Positions 59,951-64,000 of a stretch of DNA of 64,000 nt are shown in pieces. The notes below the pieces were generated by a model. The model made no database searches, was not told where the DNA came from, and saw only the letters and a list, made by a program, of their open reading frames with translations. The position numbers and the translations under genes were made by a program. The stretch is from a virus (Duplodnaviria > Heunggongvirae > Uroviricota > Caudoviricetes), in the IMG/VR virus record IMGVR_UViG_3300021256_000055, positions 7,124 to 71,123 of that record; one strand, given 5' to 3'. Each line of letters begins with the position of its first letter. Position 1 is the stretch's first letter.

Positions 59951-60250
59951 TTAGCCTCTTTCACTAGGAGGCAAAATATCTTTAGTATCTATAATTATAG
60001 ACATTCCATACTGTTTCTCATCCAACTTATATAAAGGCTTATCATTATCTTCATTCGCTCTTGAAATTGTAAATGACTCAAGCGTACCATTACTAGACGC
60101 CTCAATTTGTCGATATGTTTCAGGACTTAAATGGTATACACAATCATTTACTCTTAAAACTAAGTCATTATCATAATATAATTCAAAAGAAGGATTATGA
60201 AAAAAATGCTCAACTACTGTTTTATCTTTATTAAAAACTACAATATTCAT
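59951..60250 (-). CDS. Hypothetical protein
   Basis: ATGA overlap with the upstream gene. Confidence 0.6.
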   Translation of the reverse strand: MNIVVFNKDKTVVEHFFHNPSFELYYDNDLVLRVNDCVYHLSPETYRQIEASSNGTLESFTISRANEDNDKPLYKLDEKQYGMSIIIDTKDILPPSERG

Positions 60251-61239
60251 TCAGCCAACTCCGGAAAGAATTTATTTATATACCTTGAGATATTTTTCAC
60301 ACCAAGTCTGTTTTTAATCTCATTTATATCTGTAATTTTCTGAGATTTAATAATATTTACTTTCTGCTCAAGCTTCTTCATTCTTCTCTCAAAATCAGCC
60401 CAAGTAATATATTCCTTTGGATTTTCAGTATCAAGGATATAAATCATATCTTTAGACTCAGTATCTGTAATACAAACTTTATTATTTTTCATAAAAAGCC
60501 TAATTGGCTCATCAATACAATAACTTGTATGTCCAACTACTTGATTAGGAAAATAAGCTTCTTTCAAAAGAGAATAAGGCCTAACCCATAAAGGGCCCTG
60601 ACAAACTTCATCGCCAGTAGGCGAGAAAAATCCTCTCCAATCAAAAAGTTCATCAAACATACTATTACAAGTATCATCACCATAAATATGAGTATGTTCC
60701 TTAAATACTTTATTTATAAAATCTATAGAGAACTCAGATTCATCCCATACTTTTCCAGGCTCTCCAGTTTCATCATTTGGCCATTCATCATATTCATTAT
60801 GCATTTCATGAATAAAATCATGTACCCAATTTTTTGTAAAACCCGCATGAGAAAATACCCAACCATCAAATTCTTTAGCGATTAAAATATAGTCTTTATA
60901 TAGATTAAGTAATGAACGAATTTCTGATGCATGCTGATACTGGTTACCTGAACAAGATGCTTCTCTATTACAAGTTAAATATTGCCAATCATGATTTCCC
61001 ATTAAACAAAATCTATGTTCTGGGTCTTCTTTCGTCCATTCCATAAAATTCTTAAAGTTTTCACCTTGATCAGGCCACTTATTATCAGATACAATTCTTT
61101 TAATTTTATAATCCCACCGTCCACCATCAAACCAATCACCATGAGAAATAAAATAATAATCTGGATGTTCTTTTGCAATATTTTTTACATCTTCCCAAGC
61201 ATGTGAGCCATGCATATCTGGGATATCAACAATAATCAT
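60247..61239 (-). CDS. Calcineurin-like metallophosphoesterase
   Basis: D.HG, GD.FD, GNHD, SHAG, GPLW.R, QVVGHT motifs. Confidence 0.88.
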   Translation of the reverse strand: MIIVDIPDMHGSHAWEDVKNIAKEHPDYYFISHGDWFDGGRWDYKIKRIVSDNKWPDQGENFKNFMEWTKEDPEHRFCLMGNHDWQYLTCNREASCSGNQYQHASEIRSLLNLYKDYILIAKEFDGWVFSHAGFTKNWVHDFIHEMHNEYDEWPNDETGEPGKVWDESEFSIDFINKVFKEHTHIYGDDTCNSMFDELFDWRGFFSPTGDEVCQGPLWVRPYSLLKEAYFPNQVVGHTSYCIDEPIRLFMKNNKVCITDTESKDMIYILDTENPKEYITWADFERRMKKLEQKVNIIKSQKITDINEIKNRLGVKNISRYINKFFPELAE

Positions 61240-61309
61240 ATAATTACCTTTCTATAGAGTATTTTATAAATTTAAAATTACACTTATATATAATATATTA
61301 TCAAACTTT

Positions 61310-61401
61310 AAAAAGCCTATATAATAGGCCGCTACGCAAGGCTCAAATATACCTTCTCAAGGATCATTAATTAATATAACTTCAATTTACAAAAATTCAC
61401 A
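61310..61401 (-). promoter_or_regulatory. Promoter plus short structured leader/sRNA with terminator, copy 2
   Basis: TGTGAA-17 nt-TATATT, then ATGATCCTTGAGAAGGTATATTTGAGCCTTGCGTAGCGGCCTATTATATAGGCTTTTT; similar to 14187-14285. Confidence 0.5.
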
Positions 61402-61435
61402 TTAATTTAAAAATATTTTTTGTTATTATTAAAAT

Positions 61436-61864
61436 ATGCATGATAAATATAATATAGATACAGATGAATATCTTGGAGATATTGAAATAGGTATAAAAGC
61501 ATATGAATTTAAGCCTGAACCAGCTAAAATAGATGTTAGTTGGAGTAAATTGCGAAGTCTTACAAAAGATAAATCAATTAGAGAGGTAGAAAAGCCAATG
61601 GCTTCTAAAGAAATTACACTTAAACCAGTAACTGTTAAATTTTTTGGATATGATGAAAATAATGTTAAATATGACTTAACAAAAACATTTTATTTGGAAA
61701 AGAACACCCGTAATGCCTACTTTGATAGTCAAATTTTCTCAGCAATTCAAAACTCGTTAAAAGGAACAAACATCATAAAATGGGGCGTAAAACGCGGATT
61801 TATGGGTGATCCTTGTTGGAATGAAATTTGTGATGCTACTGTCTGGGATACGGTAGATTATTAG
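61436..61864 (+). CDS. Hypothetical protein (142 aa)
   Basis: ORF without SD, preceded by GTTATTAT (possibly leaderless). Confidence 0.6.
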   Translation: MHDKYNIDTDEYLGDIEIGIKAYEFKPEPAKIDVSWSKLRSLTKDKSIREVEKPMASKEITLKPVTVKFFGYDENNVKYDLTKTFYLEKNTRNAYFDSQIFSAIQNSLKGTNIIKWGVKRGFMGDPCWNEICDATVWDTVDY

Positions 61865-62256
61865 TTTTCAAAGGCTAGTCGTAAATAGAATACATCATCT
61901 GTACAGTCATTTTCTATATCAACTAGCCATGCCTTACCAGTATATTCTTTTAGAAGCTTTTCTAAATTATTAAAATAGTCAATCCACTTACCAGAGCCAT
62001 TAAGACCACCCTGGAGTTCTGCAATATAATAGTCTTTTCCTTCAACTTTAGCAACATCTAGTAAAGTAATTTTACTTTTTAAGTTATAATTATGCTTAAC
62101 AACTTTATTAAAGTCCTTAAATACTTTACTAGTATGACTTACCTTTTTCCATTTTTCACCAAAGCTATTTTTTATATAGCTTTGGCCACGAGAATTATTA
62201 GCTTTTTTATAAATTGATTCAAAAAGGTTATCTAGGGAATCCATCACAGAAGCCAT
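61861..62256 (-). CDS. Hypothetical protein (131 aa)
   Basis: AGGAG SD; LFES site. Confidence 0.65.
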   Translation of the reverse strand: MASVMDSLDNLFESIYKKANNSRGQSYIKNSFGEKWKKVSHTSKVFKDFNKVVKHNYNLKSKITLLDVAKVEGKDYYIAELQGGLNGSGKWIDYFNNLEKLLKEYTGKAWLVDIENDCTDDVFYLRLAFEN

Positions 62257-64000
62257 CTTCTCCTATTTCATAAGCATCTAACATTGCCTGATAAGCTAAT
62301 TCATCCTCATAAGTTTGCTGAGCAAACCAATCTTCCTCAGCTTGTTGTTCTTCAGTTTTATCAGGTATACTTGACATTAAAGTATCAAATTCTTTATTAA
62401 GGCTTTCTTTATTTTTGTGTCCTGGAAGCTCTGCAAAATGGCATTCATTAAGGCGTTTTGATTCTGCCAATTTATAGATTTCCTTAAACTGCTTATCTAA
62501 TGACTCTTGTACCGGTTCTTCAACTTTTACACGACCGCCAACACTATAACTGCGAATTGTACCATCTACATCTCGCTTAATACTCTTAATTTTTGCTGTA
62601 ACTTTTTTACCTACAATCTTTTGTGGGTCATTAAGAACATCATCATTAGAACAAGACCAAATAATATTATTTCCAGCTGTATCAGTAATTGTAAGAACAC
62701 GATACTCAGCATATTTATTATATGCTACATAATATTCTTGTATTGGACCAGCATCGACTTTTGCTGGTATAAATGTAGCTTTATCGCCTTCTTGTCCTAG
62801 AGCAGGAACATTAACTGTATCATCATCAAAATAATTGTCAGCTTGAGTATAAAATTTAACTCTATTTAGAGTTGTTGATTTCTTTCCTCTAAACTCATTA
62901 AATCTATATATCTCACCAGCTATTTTATTTACAGAATCTAAATCAGCAGGTAGCTCAGATTCATCTACAAATGCTGTAAACTCATAACCTGACTTTGTAT
63001 AAATAGAAATAATATAACTTCCACGGCTTGTTTGTTTACCTTTAACAATCTTAATAATATCTGAAATTGTAACTACATCTTTAATTTTTCCAGGGTAATA
63101 TTCATTATTTGGAACAAATGTAGCTAAGTCAGCTTTTGCTTTTTCTTCTTCAACATATTTATTATACATTGATGGGAAACAACAAACTAAACCAATTTGT
63201 TTTTCTATTACAATATTGCCACTTAATGCAATTTGAATATTTCTCTTGAAATCATCATTAGTTGTATCAAGATTTCTCATGAACTCTTTTGTCTTTTTAA
63301 CGGTTTCAGTAAGTTCATCAATATTTTCATTGATATAATTATTTACTTTTATTGCATTTGAAACAACTGGATCACTAGAAGTTTCAGGTAAATCACCCCT
63401 ATGCTGATAAAGTACCTTTGCAATTTTTCTAGTACAAGTATTTGGTTCTGTATAAATTTGCTGACCCCAGCGAGTAGTATACTCATATACTGGTTTAACA
63501 TAGCCGAATAATCTAACTGCAGCAGTCGCAATAAAGAGTAAAGCATCTACATCATAGAATTTTTGTGCTCTTCCACCCATCATTGGGTCCCAGTGTCTTG
63601 CAACTGAGTAAACATGCGAAAGTGCTAAAAGACCTGTTGGGTCAATACCGGTATATTCTTTAAGACAAGACTTTCCTACCATTCGGTATTCTTTAGTTTC
63701 TGTATTATAAACAATTGATCCAAAATGTCTGTCTCGATTTGTATTACAGTGGTCACACTCTATTCTATTCCTATGAAGGAATTCACTAGGAACATTATAT
63801 TCATCAGTTATTGGAGTAATTACTACACCTTCCTGTGTAGGAACTTTCTGAACTAACGCAATAACTATCCAATTATTATTTTTAATTTTTGAAGCAATTT
63901 TTACTTTATATACTGGAATTAGCTCAGGGTCTCCCCACCATGGAGTGAAATGGCCACGTGTATCATATGGGTTTGCCATATAAACTTGTTTTTGAGTTAC
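62228..64000 (-). CDS. Conserved-looking phage protein with CDHC zinc motif and OB-fold-like C-terminal modules; probably 5'-partial
   Basis: CDHCNTNR.R and VG.SCL..Y.G motifs. The frame stays open from 63979 to the window edge (VTQKQVY-M). Acidic C-terminal tail with QES/AES/LNE sites. Confidence 0.65.
   Translation of the reverse strand, partial: VTQKQVYMANPYDTRGHFTPWWGDPELIPVYKVKIASKIKNNNWIVIALVQKVPTQEGVVITPITDEYNVPSEFLHRNRIECDHCNTNRDRHFGSIVYNTETKEYRMVGKSCLKEYTGIDPTGLLALSHVYSVARHWDPMMGGRAQKFYDVDALLFIATAAVRLFGYVKPVYEYTTRWGQQIYTEPNTCTRKIAKVLYQHRGDLPETSSDPVVSNAIKVNNYINENIDELTETVKKTKEFMRNLDTTNDDFKRNIQIALSGNIVIEKQIGLVCCFPSMYNKYVEEEKAKADLATFVPNNEYYPGKIKDVVTISDIIKIVKGKQTSRGSYIISIYTKSGYEFTAFVDESELPADLDSVNKIAGEIYRFNEFRGKKSTTLNRVKFYTQADNYFDDDTVNVPALGQEGDKATFIPAKVDAGPIQEYYVAYNKYAEYRVLTITDTAGNNIIWSCSNDDVLNDPQKIVGKKVTAKIKSIKRDVDGTIRSYSVGGRVKVEEPVQESLDKQFKEIYKLAESKRLNECHFAELPGHKNKESLNKEFDTLMSSIPDKTEEQQAEEDWFAQQTYEDELAYQAMLDAYEIGEDGFCDGFPR

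Noticed and set aside
1085-63546. Numerous short ORFs antisense to or nested in long genes (e.g. 1085, 3751, 8107, 15332, 19255, 28559, 33583, 36782, 45775, 47214, 48901, 56591, 62507)
   Set aside because: They are shadow frames of longer genes with recognisable motifs, and they have no SD or motif support.
1-64000. Alternative genetic code (TAG or TGA reassignment as in Lak or crAss-like phages)
   Set aside because: Genes are full length in code 11, and TAG ends many genes right before terminators or the next gene (e.g. 1464, 9077, 42499, 57419). Only one in-frame stop (TAA 18327) was seen.
1-64000. Diversity-generating retroelement or invertible tail-fibre cassette
   Set aside because: No reverse transcriptase, recombinase or near-identical TR/VR repeat pair was visible in this window.

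Overview
AT-rich (visibly ~30% GC), gene-dense 64-kb segment of a large tailed (jumbo/T4-like) bacteriophage genome read in the standard genetic code. It contains two blocks of very large virion/tail-fibre-like genes (1-9 kb on the minus strand, 32-47.6 kb on the plus strand). It also has nucleotide and cofactor genes (ThyA-family enzyme, DHFR with a large insert, dNMP kinase, HD hydrolase, NadR plus PnuC), DnaJ, a DinG-like helicase, two GT2 glycosyltransferases (one fused to a Stealth domain), a lipoprotein, a FAD oxidoreductase and many orphans. Main observations: (1) The ThyA homologue has Asp instead of the dUMP-specifying Asn (PFDIASY), the substitution that gives dCMP specificity. This points to a possible cytosine-modification pathway. 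(2) A host-like hisS gene appears captured together with GC-rich REP/MITE-like repeats. (3) A four-hairpin candidate ncRNA lies directly downstream of the thyA-like gene. (4) A promoter plus ~50-nt structured RNA unit is duplicated 47 kb apart. (5) Two recurrent phage promoter motifs (ACTAATT and GTTAATAT) are present. The host may be a spirochaete (Treponema-like), but this is inference only. No tRNA, rRNA or CRISPR array was seen.
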